From positions 38,456,054 to 38,519,010 of the forward strand of contig NC_068997.1 in the NCBI RefSeq assembly GCF_001194135.2: a DNA stretch of 62,957 bases. Reading direction: 5' to 3'. Each line of letters starts with the position of its first letter. Position 1 is the stretch's first letter. The DNA comes from Octopus bimaculoides (lineage: Eukaryota). Position numbers and translations under genes: made by a program. Positions 52,031-62,957 of the stretch are shown one piece after another. The notes beneath the pieces are model-generated. The model saw only the letters and a program-made list of their open reading frames with translations, was not told where the DNA came from and searched no databases.

Positions 52031-52359
52031 GCCCATCGTCTCTATTATGAAACAATCCCAAACCTCATGTCCCCACCGAATGGAGCGATTCTAAGAATAA
52101 CTTTGGAAAGTAGAAACCAATATGTAATTTGCGTAGAACAATCAGCCAATTGTCTTCTGCCCACACAACTAAAGCAGGAAAACGGAAAGAAGGGCTCTAC
52201 AGTTACTGACATCATCACTGCAGCAACAACAACAGCAACATCGACAGCACCAATAAACATAGTAGCAACTGGGGAAACACCAACAGTATTGACATCTAAG
52301 TTGTCTACAATAGTAACTGCGGTGGCGGAACATTGAGATTACAACACAAAACCGTAACA

Positions 52360-52596
52360 CAGGGGATATCCCATCACCTCTTTCCACAACTGAAGAAACA
52401 CCTCAAGGGAACGAAATCTCATTCCGATTCGGAAGTGATCGCTGCTACAGAGGCCTGGTTGGAAGCCCAACCTTCCGAGTTCTTTTTACATGGCTTAGAA
52501 AAACTGAATGGGAAATAAGCTGAATACAATCATAATTAACTGATCCTCCTGTGTTTTCTTTTGCCCAAAGCCAGGAACTTTTCAGCACCCCTTCGT
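52360..52596 (+). mobile_element. mariner 3' end with terminal repeat
   Basis: HLFPQLKKHLKG..SDSEVIAATEAWLEAQPSEFFLHGLEKL; end aacttttcagcaccccttcgTA followed by (TA)n. Confidence 0.85.
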
Positions 52597-52998
52597 ATAT
52601 ATATATATATATATACGAATATATAAACAAATAGTAAATGAGTATATGCATATATACGTACAGGTATGTGCATACCGACATCCACCTGTATGTATAGGTG
52701 CATATCTGGGTACAGGACATTGCAAACAAAACAGAGACGAGAAAACACACAAGCCACATAGAGAACATTCTACTTCATCAGCTACCTCCGTTTTAACACC
52801 GGCGTTTCGAAGAGCTGTACACACACACACATATATACATATATANNNNNNNNNNNNNNNNNNNNNNNNNNNNNNNNNNNNNNNNNNNNNNNNNNNNNNN
52901 NNNNNNNNNNNNNNNNNNNNNNNNNNNNNNNNNNNNNNNNAAAAGTGCCGCATAGTGGGTTTAAAACCGAAACCAAGTGGTTTAGAAAGTGAGGTTTG

Positions 52999-52999
<1 letters not shown>

Positions 53000-53061
<62 letters not shown>

Positions 53062-53109
53062 TGATAGACTTATATACTAGTATATTAGCATATATGTATA
53101 TATACATAC

Positions 53110-53180
<71 letters not shown>

Positions 53181-53250
53181 NNNNNNNNNNNNNNNNNNNN
53201 NNNNNNNNNNNNNNNNNNNNNNNNNNNNNNNNNNNAGAGAGAGAGAGAGG

Positions 53251-53323
<73 letters not shown>

Positions 53324-53325
53324 CG
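53000..53325. repeat. compound microsatellite (GATA)n/(CATA)n/(TA)n/(GA)n/(GACA)n
   Basis: Directly visible; includes a gap. Confidence 0.95.
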
Positions 53326-53639
53326 TTTCACTAAAACAATTGGAAGTTATAACCTCTGCAAAGGTTATAACTTCCAGTAATTTAAAGACACAAACCGCTA
53401 ATCAGTTTATTAAGCATAAATCTAATTAATTTTAAGCTTTATTGAATTTAGAGTTAAATTAATTGCTTTGTCCGGGAATACACATGAAATAAATGTGAGT
53501 TTGTATATGTGACTGAAGAAATTAGATGCATAGCATTACTCTAAGCAGGTGCAAGACTAAGAACATAGGAGAAAATATGGAAATATTATCAGTATGTTAG
53601 AACATTTACAATGAGAAAGTATATAAATCGTTGGAGTGT

Positions 53640-54635
53640 AATATACAAGGTCGGAATTAATACAACAGCGTTCATGACAGTTTTATTAGCTGACACAGGT
53701 CGCTCAAATTGCATATTTTAGCAGCGTAGCTCTTCCTCTGGAATAATCTTTCTCTTTATTACTGGCAAATAATGGGCTCCGAGCGGAAGCGGCGTGTCAT
53801 CATTGAGTTCTTGACAATCGAGATGCACAGGCTGTCCGACATCCACAGAAGACTAAAGGAGTTTGAGGAAATGACGTAAGTGACAAGAGCATTGTGTACA
53901 GATGAATGAAGAAGTTTATCAGGAAAAACTAGCATTGAAGACAAACTACGCAGTGAGTAACCATCTACTATGGCAACTTGCGCGAGTCGCCAGCGAGTGG
54001 ACGAATTAATTCGTGTGGACACACAAGTCACAATCTATGAGCTTGCTGAACAATTGGACTGCGGTCACAGTTCACTATGGAAGATTGTGAATATCAGAAA
54101 GTGCATGTAAAGTGGACAGCCCGGTAGTTGACACCCAGTTTGAAGGAGAGAAAGGTGAAAGTCTGCTCTGGTCTGCTGGAAGCGTTCGAAGCTAATAAAA
54201 ACACTTTTGTATTGTTTTCTTTTTTTCGATTTGGTGACAGGGGATGAAATGTAGCCATACATTTAATGCTGGAAGCGAATGATGTGTCCATGGAATAGCA
54301 TTATGCCACTTCGCCGAGGACTCCGAAACTCAAGAATCAGTAATTGGCCAGAAAATCATGGTGAGTGTTCGGGGGAAGGACAAGGGCGCAATTCTTCTTG
54401 GCTTTCTGGAACGTAACTGTACCGTAAACAGCGAGTGGGATATTAAAACACTCTAAATGTTTTATAGAAACCACCAGGAGGAAGAGCCCGAACGAAAACC
54501 TAAAAACTATCCACATTCACCGGGACGATGAGTGACCATACACATCTTTGGCAATAAATCAGATAACTCCAATGAAGGACAATCTTTGTGTTTGAACCAC
54601 ATACATCCGAAAATCTGACTGAAGTAAAAGGAAGC
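53640..54635 (+). mobile_element. mariner transposase pseudogene
   Basis: VIIEFLTIE..SDIHRRLK; RVDELIRVDTQVTIYELAEQL; KVHVKW; LVTGDE. Confidence 0.8.
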
Positions 54636-54652
54636 AATATTATGTAGTAGAT

Positions 54653-55022
54653 GAGTTCAAATTCCGCCGAGGTCGATTTTGCCTTTCATCCTTTCGAGAT
54701 TGATAAATTAAGTACCAGTTGCGTACTGAGGTCGAACTAATCTATTTCCCCCTCCCCAAAATTCCGGGCCTTCTGCCTAGAGCAGAAAAGAATATTATGT
54801 AGTAGATAAAAGTGGTGAGCTGGCAGAATCGTTAGAACGCCGGGCGAAATGCTTAGCAGTTTTTCATCCGTCTTTACGCTCTGTGTTCAAATTCGCCGAG
54901 GTCGACTTTGCTTTTCCTCCTTTCGAGGTCGATAAAATAAGTACCAGTTGGGCACTGGGGTCGATGAAATCAACTCAACCCCTCCCCAAAAAATTTCGGG
55001 CCTTGTGCCAAAATTTGAAACT
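54653..55022 (+). mobile_element. two stacked SINE family B copies (54653-54790 5'-truncated; 54808-55022)
   Basis: Bounded by three copies of aatattatgtagtagat: 54636-54652 and 54791-54807 identical, 55023-55039 15/17. Confidence 0.9.
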
Positions 55023-55842
55023 AATATTATGTACTAGTTGACAAACAATGTGATTGGTTGAATCTTCTCTACATATTCAAGAATGAGCTGAAAGTCCAAG
55101 TCAAGTATTGAGGGACAAAGGGAACCACGAAATAAAATAAAGTATTGTAAATGTAGGGAACTTCGATGAATTGCAAGGATGGGTGAAAAGAACAGCGAAT
55201 GCTAGAAAGGTTTAGTGAGAGTTAAGCTGTTGACAAATCTAGTTTTGACCCAATTTTAACTTCTCTTACTTTCACTTCACGAAGACCGTTAATGTCCTTG
55301 AGAATAATATGGATGTAAACACATTCGATTCCCCATCCTCTTAAAATATATTGTGGTATTTGTCATTCGTTGTATCTGTCTTGCTTTGTTTTTTGTCTGA
55401 TCCAAAGAAACTAATGCCACATAACATTGTGTGTGTGTGCGTGTGTGTGTATGTAAGCATGTACGCACATATATATATATTTAGCAAAGTATTGGAACAT
55501 TACACATGCTAATCACATTAATACAGAAGAGACAATATTAAGATAAAACATGACGATATTAGAAAACTAAAAGAAAAAAGAAATGTAAATATGAAGTTGA
55601 TAGAAGAAAAGATCAAATCAACATTAACAAGATTAAAGTGTACAAAAATATTTGGCCGACGGCGATCTTTACAACTATTGTTTGGCGGTAAATCGAAGAA
55701 ATGTTACTAAATATATTTGTTTCGAACGATAGAAACCGTGTTATATATTGATGTTTTAAAGCGGTTATATAGATATTTACAAAGAACGAACACTGAGGTA
55801 ATAAAAAAAGAGCTAAACATGTTTGTAATATCTATCTATCCA

Positions 55843-55917
<75 letters not shown>

Positions 55918-56049
55918 ACCAATGAACCCGGTATTTATACTTACTAGTTCATGAGTTTGTATAAAATTGATTATTTTTAAATACGTGCCAAACCAGATTA
56001 TTGGATATGTGCCATACTAATGTTTTTCAATTCAAAAGTATACTCGAAT

Positions 56050-56960
56050 ACAATAAATGTAAGAGGTTTCTGACACTGGCAGGTTATATCTTTATAAAAT
56101 TAAATTTTACATTAGTGCAGCCAGGTCCGGCACAATGAGTTTCTCTACAATATAGAAAGTTTCCGTGTTTAGTAGGTCTGCTCATTAAATCGTCATAGAT
56201 TGCCAAGAATCCTGTATAATTTTTTTGTAAAACAGCACCTACACCCATTAATATCTGGTATTGGATGAGACAGTTCGGTGTTCTGGGATAATTTCTCTTT
56301 AATCTCGTTAAACGACCGTAGCGTTTCTGGTATTAAATGAATGTTCTCGTTTTTCTTTTTCCAATTATTCTGGTATTTAACATCCTGTAGTCCCCAAAGG
56401 GTCACAAATCACCTTCAGTTTTTCAGTAAGTTATATATGTAGGAGAGGAGCCAAATTACTGGAAGGTCGAATAATACCGAACTGTAATATGTGACTAAAT
56501 TCTTCTTAAGCAATTTTTAATCTGACCGGAACAAGTCTTATAGGACAAGCAGAAATAGGACAACCAGTTATAACAATATGATGTGCTGTTAAATATAATG
56601 GTTTTCTATTGCTAAAAACCGGGCGAGTGATGTCGGAAATCGACTAAGAAGAGTGTAATAATTTTTAGATGTAGAAACTAAAAAGGAAAACGACTGATAG
56701 TAGCAGTCTCTGAGCAAATAAATCGTAAATTAATCGTGGAATCCATAAATTAGTCAGAATCAATGAGTATTTTATGTTTTACATCAAGTAGGAGATCAAA
56801 ACGATCGAGAAAATCACTACCGATTATTGGATATGAAAGATCAGCTCTGATGAAAATTTTAAAACTGTACGTAAATTTGAGTCCAGCGCCATAGATCTTT
56901 CTGAACGGTTTACTTCTTGCAAAATAACCGCTGTCCGTTGCCGTGTACCTTGAGATGTGA
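56050..56960 (-). mobile_element. Gypsy/Ty3 pol remnant (protease, RT start, RT-RNase H connection)
   Basis: ADLSYPIIGSDFL; HHIVITGCPISACPIRL..IA*EEFSHILQFGIIRPSS; SFNEIKEKLSQNTELSHP. The RT core is absent between these segments. Confidence 0.8.
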
Positions 56961-57429
56961 GGTCAGATATTGCACCCTGTAACTGTCCAGAAGGAAAGAG
57001 ATTTCAAAGAATCAAAAGCATAAAATAAGGGACGTATCTATGTTAGCTAACAGAAATAATTGCCTACTTTTACATTACCTTCATTCAGCCTCGTATATGT
57101 GTCTGCATGTGTGTGTCTGTGTGCAGTACATAATGCATTAACATAATTACACACACGCAGATAGAGAGACATAAGACGGACAGACATGCATACATACATA
57201 CATACATACATACATACATACATACATACATACATACATAGTGCAGTCTTCGATTGTCGTATAGTTTCTCAGACAGCGCCTGCTAAGCTATATCAGCAAA
57301 AATAAATGCATAAATTTAGTGCTAAAAAGCGAAAAGAAAAACATCCTACGTGTCGGCAGCTAGCTCTTCAGAGATTTCTCTCTTCCTCACGGCCTCCTAT
57401 ACAACCTCAATGCAGCTGAACTAACATAA

Positions 57430-58270
57430 TAAAAATTTAAAAAACATTGATATGAAGCACTCAGCATACCGAAAAAAGTCTATGCATGGACATGTTTCTC
57501 GCAGATTTGAAGATAATAGTAATATCAACATAAAGTGCAGCTTTACACGAACTCGTAAATACTACTTCACAGTTCGACCGTTATCCGTTGCATTCCAAGA
57601 GCAGGATATTGGCACAAAATACCTCATGAACAAAAAAAGACAGTTTGAAGCTTTGAAGCCCAGAGATGCAACCAAAAATATTGATTATGTTACATATCTA
57701 TGGCAGACGCACACTTGATCAGCAGTTGCTCAAATTCAGTATCAAGGTACAACATCCTATTATGACACGATATTGTCGCTAAAATATTTCACAATGCCAT
57801 GCGAAAAAGGACTGTCTTGGGATAAATACAAAACGAATCTATTGTTGTTGAATAGATACACAAACATCAACCCAAGTAATATTGATAAACATTCTCATCA
57901 AAACTCCCACCTCCTGCAAACATAACAAGCCGGATACCTGTACTTGGGACAGATAAGGAAATGTGTGTACCGTCATAGGGATCAGCTGTCTGCTTATGTG
58001 AACATCACTTCGAAAATCAAAGAGAAAGAGGATAACTACAGACAACTGCTTCGAAACCTCCAGCTTCTATACCCAGATTATAAATTCACATTTATACCAA
58101 TAATAATTTATGCTCTTGTAAGTTTTGTAAGTGCCTAAGTGACTATCAAGGAAAACTAAGGTTTTTAGGGAGGAAAAAATCAACCAGCAAACACACACAT
58201 CACAAATACAATCTGTAAGTGAAACTAAAAATATGCAAAATTCTTTTCAAGTTCAAAATATAACATTGCT
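57430..58270 (+). mobile_element. RLE-type LINE 3' remnant, same family as 25700-27860
   Basis: KSMHGH; AFQEQDIGTKYL; KHNKPD; ITSKIKEKEDNYRQLLRNLQLLYPDYKFTFIPIII. Confidence 0.8.
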
Positions 58271-58461
58271 TTTGTGAACTACATTCCAACGATTAAGTTT
58301 TGTATCTTTGTTAGAAACCAGTTCTTTCCTTGCAGAAAGATTTCAAATAATAGAAAATAATAATAGATACTAAATGAGAATACATACATACATACATACA
58401 TACATACATACATACATACATACATACGTACATAAGAAATATATATAGTATATATATAGTA

Positions 58462-58770
58462 TAGTGGTTAGGGTATTCCACTCAGGATCGTAAGGTCATG
58501 AGCTCAAATCCCGGCTACGCGTTGTGTCCTTCAGCAAGACACTTTATTTCACGTTGCTCCAGTCCTGTCAGCTGGCAAAAATGAGTAGTACCTGTATTTC
58601 AAAAGGGCCAGCTTTGCCACATTCTGTGTCACGCTGAAACTCCCTGAGAACTACGTTAAGGGTACACATGTCTATGAAATGGTCAGCCACTTGCATGTTA
58701 ATTTAACGAGAAAGCTGTACCGTTGATCGTATCAGCTGGAACCCTTGTCGTCGTAACCGATGGAGTCCTC
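58462..58770 (+). mobile_element. SINE family C
   Basis: agtggttagggtattc..gagctcaaatcccgg..gtgtccttcagcaagacac; ends cgtaaccgatggagtcc. Confidence 0.85.
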
Positions 58771-59600
58771 CTGTATATATATATATATATATNNNNNNNN
58801 NNNNNNNNNNNNNNNNNNNNNNNNNNNNNNNNNNNNNNNNNNNNNNNNNNNNNNNNNNNNNNNNNNNNNNNNNNNNNNNNNNNNNNNNNNNNNNNNNNNN
58901 NNNNNNNNNNNNNNNNNNNNNNNNNNNNNNNNNNNNNNNNNNNNNNNNNNNNNNNNNNNNNNNNNNNNNNNNNNNNNNNNNNNNNNNNNNNNNNNNNNNN
59001 NNNNNNNNNNNNNNNNNNNNNNNNNNNNNNNNNNNNNNNNNNNNNNNNNNNNNNNNNNNNNNNNNNNNNNNNNNNNNNNNNNNNNNNNNNNNNNNNNNNN
59101 NNNNNNNNNNNNNNNNNNNNNNNNNNNNNNNNNNNNNNNNNNNNNNNNNNNNNNNNNNNNNNNNNNNNNNNNNNNNNNNNNNNNNNNNNNNNNNNNNNNN
59201 NNNNNNNNNNNNNNNNNNNNNNNNNNNNNNNNNNNNNNNNNNNNNNNNNNNNNNNNNNNNNNNNNNNNNNNNNNNNNNNNNNNNNNNNNNNNNNNNNNNN
59301 NNNNNNNNNNNNNNNNNNNNNNNNNNNNNNNNNNNNNNNNNNNNNNNNNNNNNNNNNNNNNNNNNNNNNNNNATATTAGGGAATAAAATTCCAAAACTCA
59401 CAAGGAAAATTCAATTTAGCAATTCTAAATCAAATTTCCCAATATATGATACATATATATAATTTAGAGAAAAACCCTCTATTAACAAATTCAACAATGA
59501 AAAATGTCATTCAAAACATCTAGAAAAACAAATATACCACAAAAATCCTATTGCAAAAATCAATAAATTACACAATCAATAAATGGCAAATAGCAATAAA

Positions 59601-59677
59601 TAGACTACGCGCGTTTCGTGGCTATATTTTAAAATAAATTCAATTCGATCTAGAAATATAGTCACTCTTCAGGTCTA
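59601..59677 (-). ncRNA. hammerhead ribozyme (type I)
   Basis: tagac CTGAAGA gtgactatattt...aaatatagccac GAAA cgcgc GTA gtcta. Stem I is 5 bp, stem II is 11/12 bp, and stem III is the palindrome ACGCGCGU. Confidence 0.88.
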
Positions 59678-60282
59678 AAATAATCATAAGTATAATAAAA
59701 ATAATAATAAAGTCAATGTACGTATCTAAACTTATAATAAATATCAAATAAATATAGAATAATACGTTTTAACAATAAATAATCGAAAATTATTTAGCAA
59801 CATTACTTGAAATAAAAACATAACTTATCTTATCGAAGAATTTCTGGTAAACTAAATTTTCAAACGTAATACTTAGCATTTATAAGAAATATATTGCGTG
59901 AAAATATGACGTAAATATAAAAATTATAGAATAAATAGATAGAATATGTATTTAAACTGTTAAAATAGTAAAATATATTTTAGCTGTGAGAATAAGAAAA
60001 AATTAACTGTAGTATACCATTTATGGAAAATTATAAAGTCTAAATAATTTAAAACTAAAATAGGTAATATACATAAGTTAAGCTAAATTTCTATAAATAT
60101 AATCTATTTTCATTAATTAATTTATTTGTTTTAAAAACTTCTTAGTTTAATATTATCATAAATATGTAATATGCCCTACATAATCTCGTGCTAATATACA
60201 CATTTAACTACTATAAGTTATATCTACAACAATTAGTAACATAAAATAGGGTTTATATATATACACAAATTAGCTGAAGTTA

Positions 60283-61833
60283 TAAAATAAGTAATTTAAC
60301 TTATGTCTACATTTAATTTTACGTTCATCTAGAGAATTTAAACAATTTTTTATTATTAGTTAATAATATCTCCTTAAATTCATTAGTACATAATAAACAA
60401 AAATTACTACCTATTCGATAAGATCATGCCTTATAAACTATCTCCCAATTTAAATTGTACTTAATATTTTTAGATTTTATATATATTTACTAAGGCCAGT
60501 AGAATTAATTAAACTTCTATTCTTAAAAGAATTCATGTGTTGCCACCAGTAATTTAATTTTCTTAGAAGTCGACCCTATGTAAATAGTATTTAAATTATA
60601 ACCATTCCTATTATTATCATCAATCAAAGTCACTACACATTTAAATACTACATCCTCCAAATTACATTCATTATTAAATTTACATTTAGTTTTATCTCTA
60701 CATGTACAATTAATTATATTCTGGTGTATATTATTACTATTATTATTATTGGAATAATTATTAGATTTATTTTTGTAAAACTTATTCAACTTAAATTTAT
60801 CAAAAGAAGAAATTATATTACCAACATTATTAGTAGTAGAATAACCAACTCCAAAATTATTATCAGAAAAAATGTTATTATATTTTTTATTATCTCTAAT
60901 GAAACCTTCAATTATATTTAAAATCTCTTTAATAATGTTTGTTTTAACTTGAACTCCATAATGAATAATTAACCAAATTTTGTTCTTATTATTTATATTA
61001 TTATATTTATTTTTTATATTATTAAATTTATTATTATCATTATATGAATTAAATTTAATCTTATTTTTAGTCTATTATTATTATATTTATGTTTTGTATT
61101 ATCATAATACTTATTATTAATACCATAATTACCTAAATAAAATTTATCATAATTCTTAATGTTAGGTTTATTATTATAAAAAATATAGGAATCATTTATA
61201 TTATAATCTTTTATATTATAATTATATTTAGAATTATTAAAGAATGTAATATTATTATTATATCCCGCCTTCCTCAGGGTGTCATTATAATAAGGTGCGT
61301 GTTTTTGGAAAATCTCAAAATTAGAAGAAAGCAACGATATTTTTTTACCTATGTTATCTGTCAACGATTTCTTATTTTTTTATTTTTTATTTCTCTAATA
61401 GGTTATCATATAATTCAACATCTAGTTTATACAGGTTCCTAGTTTTATCTGATTGTACTATAATTCCTTCCATATTTCGCATTTTTTTTATTCTAATAGC
61501 CAGATTTCTTAAATATCCATTATGTCTATTTGGGTATTTATGAAATTTAATATTTTTCCCCACCTTCCAAATATTACCCTCTAAAAGCTGTATATCCCTA
61601 TTATACGAGGGTTCCTTTCTAGATTTAAATTTTGAATTGATATAATTAGTATTCTCTACATCGTTAATATTAGATATGTTACAGTAATTGTAATAGGCTT
61701 TCCATTTAATCCTATTAATAAAATCTTTAATATTATTAATAAGTTTCAAAATATATCCTTTTCTAGACGGTATAGGAATATCCTTCAAAGCTGAGCGCCA
61801 AAATAGCGGTTCTATCTTACCTGTAAGTTCCAT
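60283..61833 (-). pseudogene. PLE ORF: N-terminal domain, thumb-side segment and GIY-YIG endonuclease, no RT palm
   Basis: LKDIPIPS..KLI..FINRIKWKA; SDKTRNLY; LSSNFEIF..APYYNDTLRKAGY; CTCRDKTKC..VVFKC..YIGST; TGLSKYI..WEIV; CRHK. No YxDD motif in any frame that I could find. Confidence 0.8.
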
Positions 61834-61887
61834 AACTAAGGAAATTAAGAGTTAAATACAATTGATAAACGTTAGTTATAAATAGAA

Positions 61888-61890
<3 letters not shown>

Positions 61891-61946
<56 letters not shown>
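61891..61946. repeat. (AAT)n microsatellite at the PLE 5' boundary
   Basis: Directly visible. Confidence 0.95.
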
Positions 61947-62772
61947 GGGAATAAAATTCCAAAGCCCGCGATATAAATTTATATATAAAATTCCAAAATC
62001 CGCGATAAAAATTTATATATATTAGCCAGAAAAATCTGCGATGTACTGAGGGCGCAGTATGGCGAGTGATTACTGTATTACAAAACAACGAGAATCAAAA
62101 TATTCATTCTTACCACGTTCCTTCTCACTGGGACAGTAAAATGACTCTTCGTTGAGAGTATTGTATCGGAGAACGACTTCTTATATATGGTGTGTAAACA
62201 ACACACGATGTGTGTACATAGACGTGGCATGAATGAATGAAACCAACAACAATTTAAAATTTTGATATATTTTATTTACTGATTGATAAGTGTTAACTTT
62301 ATGACTAAGATAATGAAGTCAGTTACGCATTTAAAACATCAGGGAACATTAAATGCAATATAATTGGAAGCTTTAACTGAATGACATCAAGAACTCTGAG
62401 ACATCAAATTGATATAAAGAGCAATGTATGTCTCTAACTATAAAACATAAACAAAAGCGGCGTGTCTACAGCGTGTCCTCTTAAACATTTTCATTTTCTC
62501 ATCAATTCATAATCTATTAAGTTTGTTTTTCTAAAGTAATTAAGAATTTTATATTGTTTTATATGTATGATTCGCTAGTTTCTTTTTTCATTTACCTGAA
62601 AACATTTACTTGAATAAATTCACCGTTAACTGGACTAATTGAAGAAAAACAAATTGTGATTTTTCACTTAGCATCACTTTAAGACATAATCAATTACAAT
62701 GTGAATAAAAGTTGATTGAAATATTTCTTATATACGTATGTATGTATGTATGTATGTATGTATGTATGTATG

Positions 62773-62812
<40 letters not shown>

Positions 62813-62957
62813 TTATAGAAAAATAAAGGACGAAGACAGGTGTATGAATAACAAGCAAGTGTGTTAGTTTGAGGCTCGGGAAAAATGAAGAAGTCTTTTA
62901 CGTTTCAGAAAGGAATAAGAGAAAATAAACAGAGAGAATGAAAAAAAAACTTGTAGA

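Larger units (their letters stand above)
6043..59372. other. assembly gaps (span given; not one continuous feature)
   Basis: N-runs at 6043-6777, 19582-19926, 22257-22577, 23369-23442, 24541-25007, 34272-34371, 42350-43115, 49504-49577, 52846-52940, 53181-53235 and 58793-59372 (plus 1550-1559). Most are flanked by simple repeats. Confidence 0.99.
59373..61890 (-). mobile_element. Penelope-like element lacking the RT core
   Basis: PLE-type coding remnants, a hammerhead in the 3' region, and a terminal motif repeated at 59377-59395 and 61945-61963. Confidence 0.8.

Noticed and set aside
52067-52336. 89-aa Thr/Ala-rich ORF
   Set aside because: The C-terminal half derives from (ACA/GCA)n-like repeat, it lies between transposon fragments, and no domain is recognised.
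5973-59401. Long ORFs containing X runs
   Set aside because: They are open only because Ns cannot form stop codons.
60424-60426. In-frame TGA (KA*SY) in the PLE C-terminus as a possible selenocysteine codon
   Set aside because: No convincing SECIS fold seen downstream and the copy has other disablements. SECISearch on a consensus would settle it.
62899-62906. GAAACGTA (hammerhead 3' half) in a (TA)n-adjacent repeat
   Set aside because: No CUGANGA in the remaining sequence of the window.
1-62957. CRISPR arrays, rRNA genes, true tRNA genes
   Set aside because: No repeat-spacer arrays or rRNA motifs. All A/B-box hits are SINE heads that continue into SINE bodies without a complete cloverleaf.

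Overview
AT-rich eukaryotic genomic DNA from a draft assembly with 12 N-gaps, most flanked by microsatellites. The SINE families and microsatellite load suggest an octopod cephalopod (inference from recognising the repeats, not a database match). I could not confidently identify any host protein-coding gene; the best candidate is one 110-bp exon at 1778-1887. The window is mostly decayed mobile DNA: three tRNA-derived SINE families (about 15 copies or fragments), at least six RLE-type (R4/Dong- or NeSL-like) LINE remnants, Tx1/L1-, CR1- and probably RTE-type LINE fragments, a Gypsy pol fragment, three mariner remnants, a MULE, a hAT and two Helitron remnants. Most notable: (1) a 1.7-kb element encoding only a CCHC gag-like ORF1, inserted with a perfect 11-bp TSD into a SINE promoter and sharing a 3' motif with a Tx1 ORF2 remnant; (2) a Penelope-like element that keeps its N-terminal, thumb-side and GIY-YIG coding segments and a well-formed hammerhead ribozyme but has no RT core; (3) two further related hammerhead motifs with no adjacent ORF, one ending 38 nt from a (TA)n tract and the other at a gap that ends in (TA)n; (4) a head-to-head fold-back pair of a fourth tRNA-derived unit. 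All family assignments come from manual translation and motif recognition; no searches were run, and most element boundaries are approximate.
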